From: a bacterium
GTDB lineage: Bacteria > Electryoneota > JAOADG01
Reading direction: 5' to 3'
Assembly: GCA_963681965.1 (NCBI GenBank)
Contig: OY820579.1
Span: 1,671,379-1,735,378 of the forward strand
DNA length: 64,000 nucleotides
A program made the translations under genes and the position numbers. Under the pieces are notes generated by a model, which worked only from the letters and a program-made list of their open reading frames with translations, ran no database searches and had not been told where the DNA came from. The number at the start of each line of letters is the position of its first letter. Positions within the stretch are counted from its first letter, which is position 1. This document shows positions 38,007 through 48,718 of the stretch, one piece after another.

Positions 38007-38030
38007 TGAATGATCTCGATTTATAATCAA

Positions 38031-38066
38031 AAACGCCCGGAAGATCCGGGCGTTTCGATTGGGTCG
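38031..38066 (-). terminator. Rho-independent terminator of metK
   Basis: Minus-strand reading: AACGCCCGGATCTTCCGGGCGTT then TTTT. Confidence 0.6.
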
Positions 38067-38068
38067 TG

Positions 38069-39196
38069 TTACTTTAATTTCTCGACGTAGTCTTTCTTTT
38101 CCCAATTGAATTCGGGAAGTTCACGTCCGAAGTGTCCGTAGTTAGAAGATAACCGGTAAATCGGTCGACGCAGATCCAAACGGTCGATAATTCCAGCCGG
38201 TGTCATATCGAACACCTTACTGACCAATTTAGTGATTTCACCATCAGGCATTTTCCCGGTTCCAAAAGTATCGACCATCATACTCACTGGAGCGGCAACG
38301 CCGATTGCGTATGCTACCTGAATTTGGCAGCGATCTGCCAAACCGGCTGCTACGACGTTCTTCGCCATGTGTCGAACGGCATAGGCTGCCGAGCGATCGA
38401 CCTTGGTCGGATCCTTACCGCTGAATGCGCCACCACCATGCGGGGCAGCACCACCGTACGTATCGACGATGATCTTGCGACCCGTTAAGCCGGCATCGCC
38501 GTGCGGTCCGCCAATCACAAAATTGCCCGTCGGATTGACATAATACTTGATGTTGGATGCCAGCATCTCGCTGGGGATCACGTGCTTGATGACGTGCTCG
38601 ATGATTTCATCTTTTAATTTCGAATGAAGTACATCGGGATCATGCTGACTGGAAATCACAACCGCGGTGACGTCAACCGGTTTTCCATCGACGTAGCGAA
38701 CGGATACTTGCGATTTTCCATCGGGTCGAAGATATGGCAATTCGCCACTCTTCCGTACTTCGGTTAGTCGTTGGGTTAGCTTGTGTGCAAGCATAATCGG
38801 TAACGGCATCAATTCCGGAGTTTCATTGACTGCATATCCGAACATCATACCTTGGTCACCAGCACCGGCGCGATCGACTCCCATCGCAATATCGGGTGAT
38901 TGTTTGTCTAGAGTGACCATCACCGCACAGGTTTCCCAATCGAAACCGTAATGCGAACTATTGTACCCAATGTCTTTGATTACGTTACGAACCAAATCGG
39001 CGACTGGTACGTAGGTTGTCGTCGTGATTTCACCGCCAACAAGTACCAATCCAGTCGTTGTAAAGGTTTCGCAAGCAACGCGACCGAACGGATCGTCGGT
39101 CATTACTGCGTCGAGTACGGAATCGGAAATCTGATCTGCAATTTTATCCGGGTGACCTTCGGTCACTGATTCGGAACTAAATAAAAATTCTGCCAC
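38069..39196 (-). CDS. metK: S-adenosylmethionine synthetase
   Basis: Canonical MetK N-terminus ([17 protein letters not shown]) and the [16 protein letters not shown] loop. Confidence 0.95.
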   Translation of the reverse strand: MAEFLFSSESVTEGHPDKIADQISDSVLDAVMTDDPFGRVACETFTTTGLVLVGGEITTTTYVPVADLVRNVIKDIGYNSSHYGFDWETCAVMVTLDKQSPDIAMGVDRAGAGDQGMMFGYAVNETPELMPLPIMLAHKLTQRLTEVRKSGELPYLRPDGKSQVSVRYVDGKPVDVTAVVISSQHDPDVLHSKLKDEIIEHVIKHVIPSEMLASNIKYYVNPTGNFVIGGPHGDAGLTGRKIIVDTYGGAAPHGGGAFSGKDPTKVDRSAAYAVRHMAKNVVAAGLADRCQIQVAYAIGVAAPVSMMVDTFGTGKMPDGEITKLVSKVFDMTPAGIIDRLDLRRPIYRLSSNYGHFGRELPEFNWEKKDYVEKLK

Positions 39197-39410
39197 GCTA
39201 TATCTCCCTCGAGCCTCGGGGCCTTCGTTGATGTATTAGATAAGAGCCGGTGACTGCATTTCCGCTCTCAACCCAAGTAGTAAAGATCGATTGGAAGTAA
39301 TCTTGCAATCGAACCGAAATTCAATAAATATGATACGATGAATTAGCGGTAGTACACAGACTAATTCGAATACGTCGGTTAAACGTATTTTAATTCAAAA
39401 TTGTAGTATC

Positions 39411-40436
39411 TTAACTCTTTAATTTAAGAATCGCTGGAATCGGTGTTGCGGGAACGCCATTTTGATTCGCTAACGCCAGACTAATTCGATCGCCTAATGC
39501 GATCAATTGTAACAGTGAACAAATCTCTTCGCCATTTCTTCGAATTACAATCGGTCGATGTCCTGTATTTTTAAGCAGTTCAACAGCCCGCTCAATGGGT
39601 CCTTCTTCGTTGGGATCTCGAAAAACAATTGTTTGAATATTTTCGAATGGCTTGGGATTATCGCACAACCCGATGATTTCATTGTGAAATGCTTCCGGAA
39701 TAATACTCCAATGTGCCGGGACTTTGCTGTTTTCGGAAAATTGATTTGCCCATCTCCGAGCAACACTAGCTAGCCGTCTAGGCGCCCAAATCCAGGGAAT
39801 TTTATTTCCTAACGATTTGGCGATCTCTTCGATTGAAAAACCGCTATCGTTCACAGATGAGCTATTATCGGTTTCAAAATTACACAGTATTTTGTTCGAA
39901 CCACCGATTTCCGGATTCGGATCGGGAGCGACACCCGCATCGAACAATAACCGCCAGAGCCCGCAAAACATATATCCCAATGCGGCACGGGGTGCTAGTC
40001 CCCCCGGCACGATTAACCGGAACAGGTTATTCTTTTCAGCGATATCGCCGATTCGACCGCCAGAAGTTAAGACAACGACAGTAGCTTTTCTTGCCAGTGC
40101 GACTTCACAGGCTACAACCGATTCAACGGTATCACCGGAGTAAGAAGAAGCAACAACCAATGTGTCTTCATTTACCCATATCGGGAGCATCGGACCGCGA
40201 TTAACCAAGATTGGTAGCGTTATTCGACCACCCAAGCCGTCAATCAACAGATCGCCACCGATTGCCGAACCACCCATTCCACAAATCACAGCATTGGCAT
40301 ATTTCTTTCGAGCAGGTGAGCCGAGTATTGGGAATGTCAGGCTATCCTGCAGTTGTTTGGGAAATTCCTTTACCCATTGTGACATCGGATCATTCGTGAA
40401 CAATCCATTTTCAGATTTGTTGATTTGGGTTGACAT
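39411..40436 (-). CDS. Bifunctional phosphoglucose/phosphomannose isomerase (SIS-domain, archaeal-type PGI/PMI)
   Basis: SIS domain with ICGMGGSAIGGDL and VVASSYSGDT. ~340 aa. Confidence 0.7.
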   Translation of the reverse strand: MSTQINKSENGLFTNDPMSQWVKEFPKQLQDSLTFPILGSPARKKYANAVICGMGGSAIGGDLLIDGLGGRITLPILVNRGPMLPIWVNEDTLVVASSYSGDTVESVVACEVALARKATVVVLTSGGRIGDIAEKNNLFRLIVPGGLAPRAALGYMFCGLWRLLFDAGVAPDPNPEIGGSNKILCNFETDNSSSVNDSGFSIEEIAKSLGNKIPWIWAPRRLASVARRWANQFSENSKVPAHWSIIPEAFHNEIIGLCDNPKPFENIQTIVFRDPNEEGPIERAVELLKNTGHRPIVIRRNGEEICSLLQLIALGDRISLALANQNGVPATPIPAILKLKS

Positions 40437-40583
40437 ACAGCTATCCTTACTGGGACATTATCTTGGTAAAATAACTGATTAAATCGACCAGAGTATAGAG
40501 CTTTTTAAACTTTGTTGCAAGAATCACATCTTACAGATAAGTTGTTGCGTATATTATGCTGAACCAACTGAGTATGATGCCCT

Positions 40584-40805
40584 GTGAGGAATACTTTGAA
40601 AAACCAAGCCAGAAAGTTGCTAGAACCCGAAGCGCAGCCACTCCAGATGGTTGAAATGCATACGGAGCGCTTTGGTTCGCAATTCCGCGCAATAATTCGA
40701 TTAAGTAACGGCGAAGAACGGGAAGCTATTGGAGATACAGCAGCTGAAGCGCAACGAAAGGCGATGGCTGGTCTTGATCTAGACTGGTCGTTTACCCCTA
40801 GATAA
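40584..40805 (+). CDS. Small hypothetical protein (73 aa)
   Basis: ORF only. No recognisable motifs. Coding status uncertain. Confidence 0.3.
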   Translation: MRNTLKNQARKLLEPEAQPLQMVEMHTERFGSQFRAIIRLSNGEEREAIGDTAAEAQRKAMAGLDLDWSFTPR

Positions 40806-41004
40806 AGCGAATCCTCTGAGAGTTATTCGATTATTCATTTTTTACCCTCTTTTCGATAAAGTAAGGGTTGATGCTGGTTTTTGCTCACTCACCAAATCTC
40901 TGGTGTAAATTCTTACGAATTAATTCGATCCATTTTTTCCCAAGTCACTTTTTTTACTTCTCTTTCCGATCGAAACCGGCTATTTTTGATTCGAGGAGGG
41001 CTCT

Positions 41005-42588
41005 ATGTCAAATCGAATTATAAAAATATTCTGGCGTATGATGCTGTTTCTGGTTCTCTCCCTACCGTTTACTGCTTCAGCGCAAATTATTGTGAGAGAC
41101 TCCGTACTAATCACTGACAGCTTGCCACGCATCATTTACGAACAGTACTGGGCTCGTATCCCGTTAGGTTACGACCCGCTCGTACCACCACCACTGTTTA
41201 TCGCTTGTCACGCACTGGGCGCGGATTTTAACGATGCTGCTGCTCAATCAATTCTGAACGATACCGCATCGGCATGGGGCTGGATAGTATTAGCGATAAA
41301 TGGTGAACCTGCCAATGAACGTGGCTGGGCGCACTGGTGGAGTCAGCGTGCGTTGCATCAACTCGATCTGGTGATGGACACATTGGCGCACAACTATCCG
41401 TTCGACCCCGACCGCATCTATTTTGTCGGGGGAAGTATGGGAGGCGCTGCCGGAATGCAGTACAACAACTCGCACATGGATCCCAACGGATACATGTGTG
41501 CAGCGACTGCAAGCGGAAGTGGCATTATCGACCTAATCCGGCGTGCACGCGAACAAGGATCGAATGTTTCGATGTCGCTGGAGTTCGGTGGTCGATACGA
41601 CAGCACTAGTGCAATCAATTTTCGATATAAACGCAATTCCGCAATTGTCAGTTGGGATACCTCCAACTCATTACACTACAATTTGAAATGGTTACCAACT
41701 TATCTCGCGGCTGGAGTGAATGAAGCACATTTCACTCATGCCAGCGATCTGGTCAGGATGTTTGGACCGGAAATGCGTTCGGTTTGGCTGCAGTCAGGTG
41801 TCGGTGCGAACCATGGATGGATTAACATCGACAGCAATTCTACGATGACATGGATTCGCCAACAACCACCGTTGCTTCGTCATCCCACTGTACAAAGCGT
41901 TGCAGCCGATTGCCCGCGCCGTTGTTACGATTTGCGGTTCGAAGAGCTTCGCTGCGATACGAATATGGCGCGAGCAATTGTACAATACGACAGTTTACTG
42001 TTTGATAATCACTGGTATTTGACTCATCCGATTTTGAATTCGATCCGGAATGCATCTCGTCTCCGACTTTATCGTGATATTATCCCGAGTCGTCCCGACA
42101 CAATCGAAATTTTCAATCGCGATACAGCTTCGTTCGCGTTAGCGATCGAGTATGGTCGACCTCCGATCGCCGATAATTCATTCCAAGTTATTCCGCCTCT
42201 TCCCTTTTCGATTGAATTACAGAATAATGTTGTAGTTGTAATCTTGCCGGATGTGCCACAAGGATACCACGGAATGGGCACTTTCCGATATTTGAACGTG
42301 AAAGAAGGGTATTCAATGCTGCCAAGCGAATACAATATGTCCGTGTATCCAAATCCTTTTAATGGAATGACAACGGTTCGCTTGAATACACCGAATGGCG
42401 GTTTAATGTCATTGAAAGTATATGACGTGACCGGTCGAGTGGTAAAATCGATTCCGAATAAATTCTTGCGATCAAGTGGATCGGTGTCATTTTCGCTGCC
42501 GGCTGGTGAACTATCGAGTGGCAACTATTTCATTCGAGGTAATGTCGGATCGAAGGTAGTCCAAACGCGGATGACATTGATTAAGTAG
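41005..42588 (+). CDS. Secreted alpha/beta-hydrolase (esterase / depolymerase-like) with a T9SS C-terminal sorting domain
   Basis: Signal peptide. Nucleophile elbow GGSMGG. Por CTD (SVYPNPFNGMTTVRLN...GNYFIRG). Confidence 0.75.
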   Translation: MSNRIIKIFWRMMLFLVLSLPFTASAQIIVRDSVLITDSLPRIIYEQYWARIPLGYDPLVPPPLFIACHALGADFNDAAAQSILNDTASAWGWIVLAINGEPANERGWAHWWSQRALHQLDLVMDTLAHNYPFDPDRIYFVGGSMGGAAGMQYNNSHMDPNGYMCAATASGSGIIDLIRRAREQGSNVSMSLEFGGRYDSTSAINFRYKRNSAIVSWDTSNSLHYNLKWLPTYLAAGVNEAHFTHASDLVRMFGPEMRSVWLQSGVGANHGWINIDSNSTMTWIRQQPPLLRHPTVQSVAADCPRRCYDLRFEELRCDTNMARAIVQYDSLLFDNHWYLTHPILNSIRNASRLRLYRDIIPSRPDTIEIFNRDTASFALAIEYGRPPIADNSFQVIPPLPFSIELQNNVVVVILPDVPQGYHGMGTFRYLNVKEGYSMLPSEYNMSVYPNPFNGMTTVRLNTPNGGLMSLKVYDVTGRVVKSIPNKFLRSSGSVSFSLPAGELSSGNYFIRGNVGSKVVQTRMTLIK

Positions 42589-42612
42589 CTAACACAATAG
42601 AATCTTATCGTC

Positions 42613-42648
42613 GAATGGGCACACATCGTGTGCCCATTTTCCTTTTAG
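42613..42648 (+). terminator. Rho-independent terminator after the esterase gene
   Basis: AATGGGCACAC-ATCG-TGTGCCCATT then TTTCCTTTT. Confidence 0.6.
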
Positions 42649-42867
42649 ATATAATTAATGATTACGGAGTGTTCGATTGCGATGTAGCTTCGTCGGAAAA
42701 TAAAAGTGAGAACAATAAAATTGGTACATTGGCAATCGTCACGATAATCGAAACGAAAATCCAGATTGGCAAAACCCAGGAAATAAACTGTACCCACTTT
42801 TCAAACACGAAAACGGATATTGACGAAAATGGGGCAATGACTATGCATATCGAAACCAGAAGTACTA

Positions 42868-43957
42868 TACCGTTTCTCATAAATAGTGTCGCATTGTTTC
42901 TTATCTTTATTTCATGCGACCTTTATCTCCTAATCCTGCGAATGGTACTTTGGACGAGATCGAAGAAGCCCTTCGTTGTTCGGTTGACCATGACGAGCAC
43001 TGTCGCTTTCAAGGGATTAAAATGCTCTTGTTAGGGTTACCGGACAATCAAGTTTGTCAAGTGTTGTCGGTTGTACCGCGATCTTTACAGCGGTGGGTTC
43101 AGCATTGGAACGCCGGTGGCATTGACCGTTTGAAACGGATACCGCGACCGGGACGACCGCGCAAAGCTAACAAAGAACAACGGTTTCTGGTTGTCGATTG
43201 GCTTACCCATCCCGAGCAGCACGGACAGACACACTGGACACTACGCAAGTTGCATGGCGTATTGCGTAGCGAACTACGCATCGAATTGGGCTATTCCACG
43301 CTCGCCCGTCTTGTTCGCGATGAACGATTTGCCTTGAATATGCCGCGATCCTGGCCGGCAAAACAGGATGCCGAGGCCCGGTTGGCTTTCACAGAACTGC
43401 TGTCGTCGCTGCTTGCCAGCGATCCCAATCGGATTTGGTTCTACGACGAAAGCGGCATTACCGGCGATCCACGCCCGCGCCGACGCTGGATGCGGAAAGG
43501 AGAACGACAAACGGTTCCCTTTACCGGCACCCATTTGCGGGAAAACATTTTGGGCGCGGTACAACCCTTATCCGGTCGGTTGTTTTCGCTGCAAATGCCG
43601 GAAGTGGATCGGGAACTGTTCCAGATTTTCCTTGACCACTTCGCCGAATATACCAAGGGCGAAAGGGTAACAATGGTGCTGGACAATGCCAGTTGGCACA
43701 AGGTTAAATCGTTAAACTGGCATCATATTCAACCAATATTCTTGCCACCCTATTCACCCGATCTCAACCCGATAGAACGATTGTGGTTGTATATCAAAGA
43801 GCATTACTTCAACCATTGGTACAGCAAGTCCAGAGAAGAACTAAGAGATCGGGTAACATGGGCAATACAACAGCTACTCAATCAACCAGAAATTGTAAAA
43901 TCTGTAACACGAGTGTGAGAGTAAATCACAATGCGACACGATTTTCAAGAAATGGTA
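42868..43957 (+). mobile_element. IS630-family insertion sequence (~1.09 kb) with ~32-bp terminal inverted repeats, flanked by a TA target duplication
   Basis: Left IR TACCGTTTCTCATAAATAGTGTCGCATTGT. Right IR, reverse-complemented, TACCATTTCTTGAAAATCGTGTCGCATTGT. TA at 42866-42867 and at 43958-43959. Confidence 0.85.
42914..43918 (+). CDS. IS630/Tc1-mariner-family DDE transposase
   Basis: N-terminal HTH. DDE_3 region with the LPPYSPDLNPIE hallmark. 334 aa. Confidence 0.85.
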   Translation: MRPLSPNPANGTLDEIEEALRCSVDHDEHCRFQGIKMLLLGLPDNQVCQVLSVVPRSLQRWVQHWNAGGIDRLKRIPRPGRPRKANKEQRFLVVDWLTHPEQHGQTHWTLRKLHGVLRSELRIELGYSTLARLVRDERFALNMPRSWPAKQDAEARLAFTELLSSLLASDPNRIWFYDESGITGDPRPRRRWMRKGERQTVPFTGTHLRENILGAVQPLSGRLFSLQMPEVDRELFQIFLDHFAEYTKGERVTMVLDNASWHKVKSLNWHHIQPIFLPPYSPDLNPIERLWLYIKEHYFNHWYSKSREELRDRVTWAIQQLLNQPEIVKSVTRV

Positions 43958-44789
43958 TAATAGGAAAATTGCCGGTTTTAAGAAATTGTGCCAATCGGTC
44001 GATGATGGTGCGATATGCAGCGCGATACATACCACAAAATAACCGACCAAATAGGTTTGCCATTGAGTAAATATTTCCGGTCGCCACAATCTTTGGATCA
44101 ATTCGGTCAATTGCCCAGATAGATCGCTAAGAAAGATCTGCCACAAATCGATCGAATCGATCGCATTGGGAGTTGGTGGCGATACTGTGGATGAAAGAGT
44201 AGTCGAAAAATCCGGCATTAAAAATCGAACCAAGAGCAGAATCAGAGCAGTACCGCCAATTAACGGAGCAATCGGAAGAATAGTGTTACCGATATATCTC
44301 GACCATTTCCGTTTATCATCGAACGAAGTCTCAACGATTCCAAGTTGACCGGTTTTTGGATTGGGATTGAATGGTCGGAACTTTCGAATTTTATGACCAC
44401 CGATCAACGCTGCTATCAGATGGGATGTTTCGTGAATCGGTACTCCTAACCAGGCGGTAACATACAACAGCCGAAATCCGCCGAGTGAAATTATCCGTCT
44501 GAGAGTAAGAGAATTAAGAAAAACGATATAAAGAACCATCAGCATGATTGGGAGTAATCCGCTGAGAAGGATTATCAAGAAAAATTGTCCACTCAGTTGT
44601 AGCGATTCCAGAGTAAGGTCGAATATTTCGTTCATACCGCAATATCGATTGCCGAGGAGGTGAATTCAAGTGCTATGGCGCATTTGGGTTTGAAATATTC
44701 CATTGATTTCCGGGAGTCGGGTTTACTTCGTGATTCAATCAATGTAGATTGTATTCAATTGCATTCGATACAAGAATTTTGAGGAGAGG

Positions 44790-45014
44790 ATGACCGAAAA
44801 AAAGCTTGAGGATTGGATCACATCCATCCTTGCCTGCCCGGTTTCGCATTCACCTTTGGCGAAAGCTGTGTATGCGGGAAAACCAGTTTTAGTCTGTACC
44901 GATCCTGCCATTCATCGTTGTTATCCTATTCGGGACGGAATCCCCGAACTGCTACAAGAATGCGGAATCGATTTGACCGAAGATCAACATCGAACGCTAC
45001 TCGACCAGCTTTGA
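44790..45014 (+). CDS. Trm112/YcaR-family small zinc-finger-like protein (UPF0434)
   Basis: ILACPVSHSPL...YPIRDGIPELL pattern typical of Trm112 / YcaR. Confidence 0.75.
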   Translation: MTEKKLEDWITSILACPVSHSPLAKAVYAGKPVLVCTDPAIHRCYPIRDGIPELLQECGIDLTEDQHRTLLDQL

Positions 45015-45087
45015 TCGGTCGGTTTCAGAGCGCAAAAAAACAACACGTAGCGATACGTGTTGTTATAATTTATAATCGATAAAAAAT

Positions 45088-45465
45088 TTATTCAGAATCG
45101 CCGATTTGTAGATTCGAGATCGAGACAATCAAATCGGAAATATCGAAAGGCTTTTGTAGAAATCCGTCCGGCTTGTATTTAAGCGATTGAATCAGTTGTT
45201 TGAAGTGCGAATAGCCGGTGATTAACATGACAGGGGTTTTTACGGAATCCTTTTTCACTTTCGCCAACAGTTCCAAGCCATTCATTTTCGGCATGTAGAT
45301 ATCAGAAATAATCAGATCGAATTTCTCGCGTTTGAAATATTCGTATGCCTCGTCACCGTCACGAGCACCTACCGCTTCCCAGCCGATGGTAGTAATAATT
45401 TCTACCAGCAGTCTGACGATTTCGATTTCGTCGTCGACAACTAATACACGGAGGGGTTTCGACAT
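45088..45465 (-). CDS. Single-domain response regulator (CheY-like receiver)
   Basis: LRVLVVDDE...DLIISDIYMPKMNGLEL...PVMLITG receiver motifs. 125 aa. Confidence 0.85.
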   Translation of the reverse strand: MSKPLRVLVVDDEIEIVRLLVEIITTIGWEAVGARDGDEAYEYFKREKFDLIISDIYMPKMNGLELLAKVKKDSVKTPVMLITGYSHFKQLIQSLKYKPDGFLQKPFDISDLIVSISNLQIGDSE

Positions 45466-45530
45466 TTATTTCTTTCCTGTTGGGAATCGATGTAGTTAAG
45501 TCAATATGCAATTATACGCAATCCAAATGG

Positions 45531-45905
45531 CTATGACAAGGGTTTCATTTTCCTTGTGACAGAATTGCACAGCCAATGGGAATACTCCGGGTTTACCGAA
45601 TATGGATCCAAGGCGATAATCTCAGGTACTTCGTACGGGTGATGATGCTTGATGGATTCGATCAATTCGGGTAGTTTGAGTTTAATCGTCTTGATGAGAT
45701 AGAGCGTTTCGTTTGCTGTATCGATCACATTCTGCCAATTAAAGATTGACACTGCTCCCGGTAATTTTGTTATACAACCTGCTAACCCGGATTCAACCAA
45801 TTCTCTCAACCAGATATCTTCGCATTTCGCAGGTAACGTCGTGACAACAAGAATTGGCGATAAAGAACTGGAATCAGACCGAACTGGATCCTGATTCTCA
45901 GACAT
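45531..45905 (-). CDS. cutA: Divalent-cation tolerance protein CutA
   Basis: CutA1 pattern (ILVVTTLP...LAGCITKLPGAVSIFNWQ...HHPYEVPEIIALD). Confidence 0.8.
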   Translation of the reverse strand: MSENQDPVRSDSSSLSPILVVTTLPAKCEDIWLRELVESGLAGCITKLPGAVSIFNWQNVIDTANETLYLIKTIKLKLPELIESIKHHHPYEVPEIIALDPYSVNPEYSHWLCNSVTRKMKPLS

Positions 45906-46560
45906 GAATGATTTTTTTCGGTACTTTAATCGTTATCCATTCAGTACCGTTCCAAATCTTAAATTGAGTGTTTGCTTCGCCTTCCTGCTGCTTCGGACTA
46001 GTACCATAGGATCCACTCTGACTGGTGTAGGGAACCGGTCGCTGCGGTGGTCGCGGAGCAGGTGGTGGTGCTGGTTTAATTGCCGCCGGTTTGGGTGGTT
46101 GATCAGACATAACCGGTGGTTTAATCGACATTGGTTTCATCGGTTCTTTGATCACCGGAGATTGTAATTTTACGACTACCGGTTCTGGAATCGGTGAAAT
46201 AATTTCCTGTGCTGCAACTTTTTTCTTGACTTTGAGAAGCTTAACCGAAATCGCTTTTTGCGATACATTGAAATGTGCAGCAATCTTATCGGTCTTGAAA
46301 CCTTTACGATGAAGATCGAGTAACTCGTTTTCCTCTTCCGGTGTCCAGCGCTTTGCTTCACCGCCCACCGAGGCGCGTTGCCGCGGGATGGAGAGGATAT
46401 CCGTGACTCCAGTTTTTCGCATTGCCTGTCGAAGTTTTTGCAACTTGACTGCAACGGATTTCGGTGTGACACCGTATTTATTCGCCAATTGGTCGATTGA
46501 CATTTTGGACGATTCCTGAAAAAGGGCAGCTTCTTCTACAGGTGTCCAGCGCTTTGGCAT
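45898..46560 (-). CDS. Hypothetical DNA-binding protein with two Myb/SANT-like KRWTPxEE repeats and a proline-rich linker
   Basis: MPKRWTPVEEAALF... and ...AKRWTPEEENELLDLHRKGF... ~75 aa apart, then a PKPAAIKPAPPPAPRPPQRP tract. Confidence 0.5.
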   Translation of the reverse strand: MPKRWTPVEEAALFQESSKMSIDQLANKYGVTPKSVAVKLQKLRQAMRKTGVTDILSIPRQRASVGGEAKRWTPEEENELLDLHRKGFKTDKIAAHFNVSQKAISVKLLKVKKKVAAQEIISPIPEPVVVKLQSPVIKEPMKPMSIKPPVMSDQPPKPAAIKPAPPPAPRPPQRPVPYTSQSGSYGTSPKQQEGEANTQFKIWNGTEWITIKVPKKIIHV

Positions 46561-46714
46561 GATTTCTCCATTTCCATATTCGTCATTAGGGTAAACTGGA
46601 AGTCAATTCGTTATGGAACACATCGTTTGTTTTTCAGTGATCTAGCTCAATAGTCAGATTTGTTCGCAACAATCAAAAGCGATATAATCTAAGAGCGGAC
46701 TCTGGGAGGATCAA

Positions 46715-47668
46715 GTGTTATTCCATTTTTTTTATTCTTGTCGGACAAATCGGGTAGTTTGCCTAGCATTCTTCCTCATGATGGTTTCCCCGATTTTGGG
46801 TGAACCACCGGTAATTTCAGTACCTCGATTACCCGAAAAGCTAGTATTTGCCGGACAGACGGTTCCTTTAGAGCGACCGGCAGTCTTAGAACAGATCGAT
46901 GCGATGTTCACAATCATGTGTACCGATAATCGCGGACAAATGATTTTGTGGTTCAAACGAGCGAATCGAATTTTACCGATTGCAAAACAAGTTATGGAAA
47001 AAGCCGGACTTCCACAAGATCTCGCATACTTAGCCATCGCGGAAAGCGATCTGTTGAACCGCGCGAAATCCCCATCCGGTGCGTATGGAATCTGGCAATT
47101 TATGCCGGTCACAGCCAAAGAAAAGCATCTGTTGCTACAGGAAGGGCTCGATGAGCGGGGTGACTTCTTAAAATCAGCGACAGCATCAGCTAGTTATTTA
47201 AAGGAACTTTATAACGATCTGGGGCAAGATTGGTTTTTGGCGATGGCAGCTTATAACAACGGTAAAACCAATATTAAGAAAATGATGGCAGCACAACATG
47301 CGAAAACTTATTGGGATGCTGTTCCTACCCGTGAAACATATGTCTATGTTCCGCGGATTGTCTTGATTAAAACACTCTTCGAGAACCCCCGGTTGTTCGG
47401 AATCGATCCTAGTTTAATCGATTCGTATCCGGAATCTGCTTCGGAACGTGTTTATTTGGTTTTGAATTCGCCAGTGCCCTTTGGTAATATCTGCGACCAA
47501 GTTGGAGTGGATTACCGGTCGATGCTTTTTCTGAATCCGCACATTGCAAATCCATCCTACATCAAAGACGTACTTCTTCCAGCGAATCACTCTTTTTTTC
47601 TGGATATTCCGAAGGGGAGAGGGGATATGTTACGGCGATCCCTACGCGAGAGTAAACTAATTGATTGA
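46715..47668 (+). CDS. Lytic transglycosylase (SLT domain; MltD-like)
   Basis: SLT catalytic region (LAYLAIAESDLLNRAKSPSGAYGIWQFMPVTA...AAYNNG). Confidence 0.75.
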   Translation: MLFHFFYSCRTNRVVCLAFFLMMVSPILGEPPVISVPRLPEKLVFAGQTVPLERPAVLEQIDAMFTIMCTDNRGQMILWFKRANRILPIAKQVMEKAGLPQDLAYLAIAESDLLNRAKSPSGAYGIWQFMPVTAKEKHLLLQEGLDERGDFLKSATASASYLKELYNDLGQDWFLAMAAYNNGKTNIKKMMAAQHAKTYWDAVPTRETYVYVPRIVLIKTLFENPRLFGIDPSLIDSYPESASERVYLVLNSPVPFGNICDQVGVDYRSMLFLNPHIANPSYIKDVLLPANHSFFLDIPKGRGDMLRRSLRESKLID

Positions 47669-47763
47669 TCAAACTATTCGCTCCAAGAGGGCTTGTTTCT
47701 CCTAGAATGACATCGTATCTTTACGAGCTTGTACCGCGAAGCAAGGTACTGGTAAGGAGTTGA

Positions 47764-48225
47764 TTGGACTTTATCATGATTAAAACGAAACATACTAAAG
47801 CGGTAGACCGCAAGTGGTTTTTAATTGATGCCGACGGGGTTGTTTTAGGTCGCCTTTCGTCGGAAGTTGCACGAATTCTTCGGGGCAAGCATAAGTCAAT
47901 TTGGTCGCCGCACATCGACACCGGCGATTACGTGGTTGTTGTCAATGCCGAGAAAATCCGGTTGACCGGAGATAAGGCGAATGCCAAAGGCTATTTTATT
48001 GCCTCTTCTCGACCCGGCAGTAGTCAGACGATTCCCCTCAAGACGATGATCGCGAAGCATCCGACCGAGATTATTCGTCATGCCGTGTGGGGGATGTTGC
48101 CGCGCGGAGCGTTAGGCAATCACATGATCCGTAAGTTGAAATTGGTTGTCGGTCCCGATGCGACGCGCTATACAGCGCAGAAGCCGGAAGCAATTCCCAC
48201 GGACAAGTTCCGGGTTATCGCGTAA
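47764..48225 (+). CDS. rplM: 50S ribosomal protein L13
   Basis: WFLIDADGVVLGRL...LRGKHK...HIDTGDYVVVVNAEK. The true start is possibly the ATG at 47776 (MIKTK). Confidence 0.95.
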   Translation: MDFIMIKTKHTKAVDRKWFLIDADGVVLGRLSSEVARILRGKHKSIWSPHIDTGDYVVVVNAEKIRLTGDKANAKGYFIASSRPGSSQTIPLKTMIAKHPTEIIRHAVWGMLPRGALGNHMIRKLKLVVGPDATRYTAQKPEAIPTDKFRVIA

Positions 48226-48256
48226 GATTATCGTAGAAAGAAGTTCGGAAGCGTAG

Positions 48257-48649
48257 ATGAAACAACCGTTTTTTTATGCCACCGGTCGTCGAAAGACCAG
48301 CGTTGCTCGAGTATATTTGACGCCCGGCAGCGGCAAGATTATTGTAAACAATAAAAATTTGCTGGATTACTTCCGTCGTGAAGTATTGAAAATGACGATT
48401 ATGCAGCCGTTGGAAGTATTGGAAGCGGTGGGCAAGTTTGATATCGAAGCGTATTGCAGCGGCGGCGGACTATCCGGACAAGCCGGTGCGTTGCGCTTGG
48501 GTATGGCTCGCGCATTGGTCGTCTTCGATGCCGAACTGAAAAGCGAATTGCGGAAGCACGGATTTATGACTCGCGATCCGCGAGCGGTCGAACGCAAGAA
48601 ATACGGTCGTCCCAAAGCACGCAAGCGGTTCCAGTACTCGAAACGTTAA
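48257..48649 (+). CDS. rpsI: 30S ribosomal protein S9
   Basis: [12 protein letters not shown]...C-terminal [16 protein letters not shown]. Confidence 0.95.
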   Translation: MKQPFFYATGRRKTSVARVYLTPGSGKIIVNNKNLLDYFRREVLKMTIMQPLEVLEAVGKFDIEAYCSGGGLSGQAGALRLGMARALVVFDAELKSELRKHGFMTRDPRAVERKKYGRPKARKRFQYSKR

Positions 48650-48718
48650 GATTTTTACAGCAACTCGATTTTCCGCGATTTTATTGCGGAGTGTTTTGAG
48701 AAGAAAAGGTTATTCGGT

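Larger units (their letters stand above)
42662..44635 (-). pseudogene. Membrane HExxH zinc-metalloprotease-like gene (DUF3267/M50-like) interrupted by an IS630 insertion
   Basis: The N-terminal part 43958-44635 carries HETSH in a TM context. Removing the IS and one TA copy joins it in frame to the 72-codon ORF 42662-42880 (...KPAIFLLVLLVSICIVIAPFSS...), giving an intact ~297-aa ORF. Confidence 0.7.

Noticed and set aside
39197-39410. SAM riboswitch in the metK leader
   Set aside because: I reverse-complemented and inspected the leader. There is no SAM-I, SAM-II or SAM-IV-like conserved core (no GGNGGAGGGA or ...AGAGATAAG...). It cannot be supported without a covariance search.
42615-43034. 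139-aa plus-strand ORF spanning the IS630 left end
   Set aside because: It crosses the IS inverted repeat, which is a chimeric context, and has no homology. The real features here are the metalloprotease C-terminal fragment (minus strand) and the transposase.
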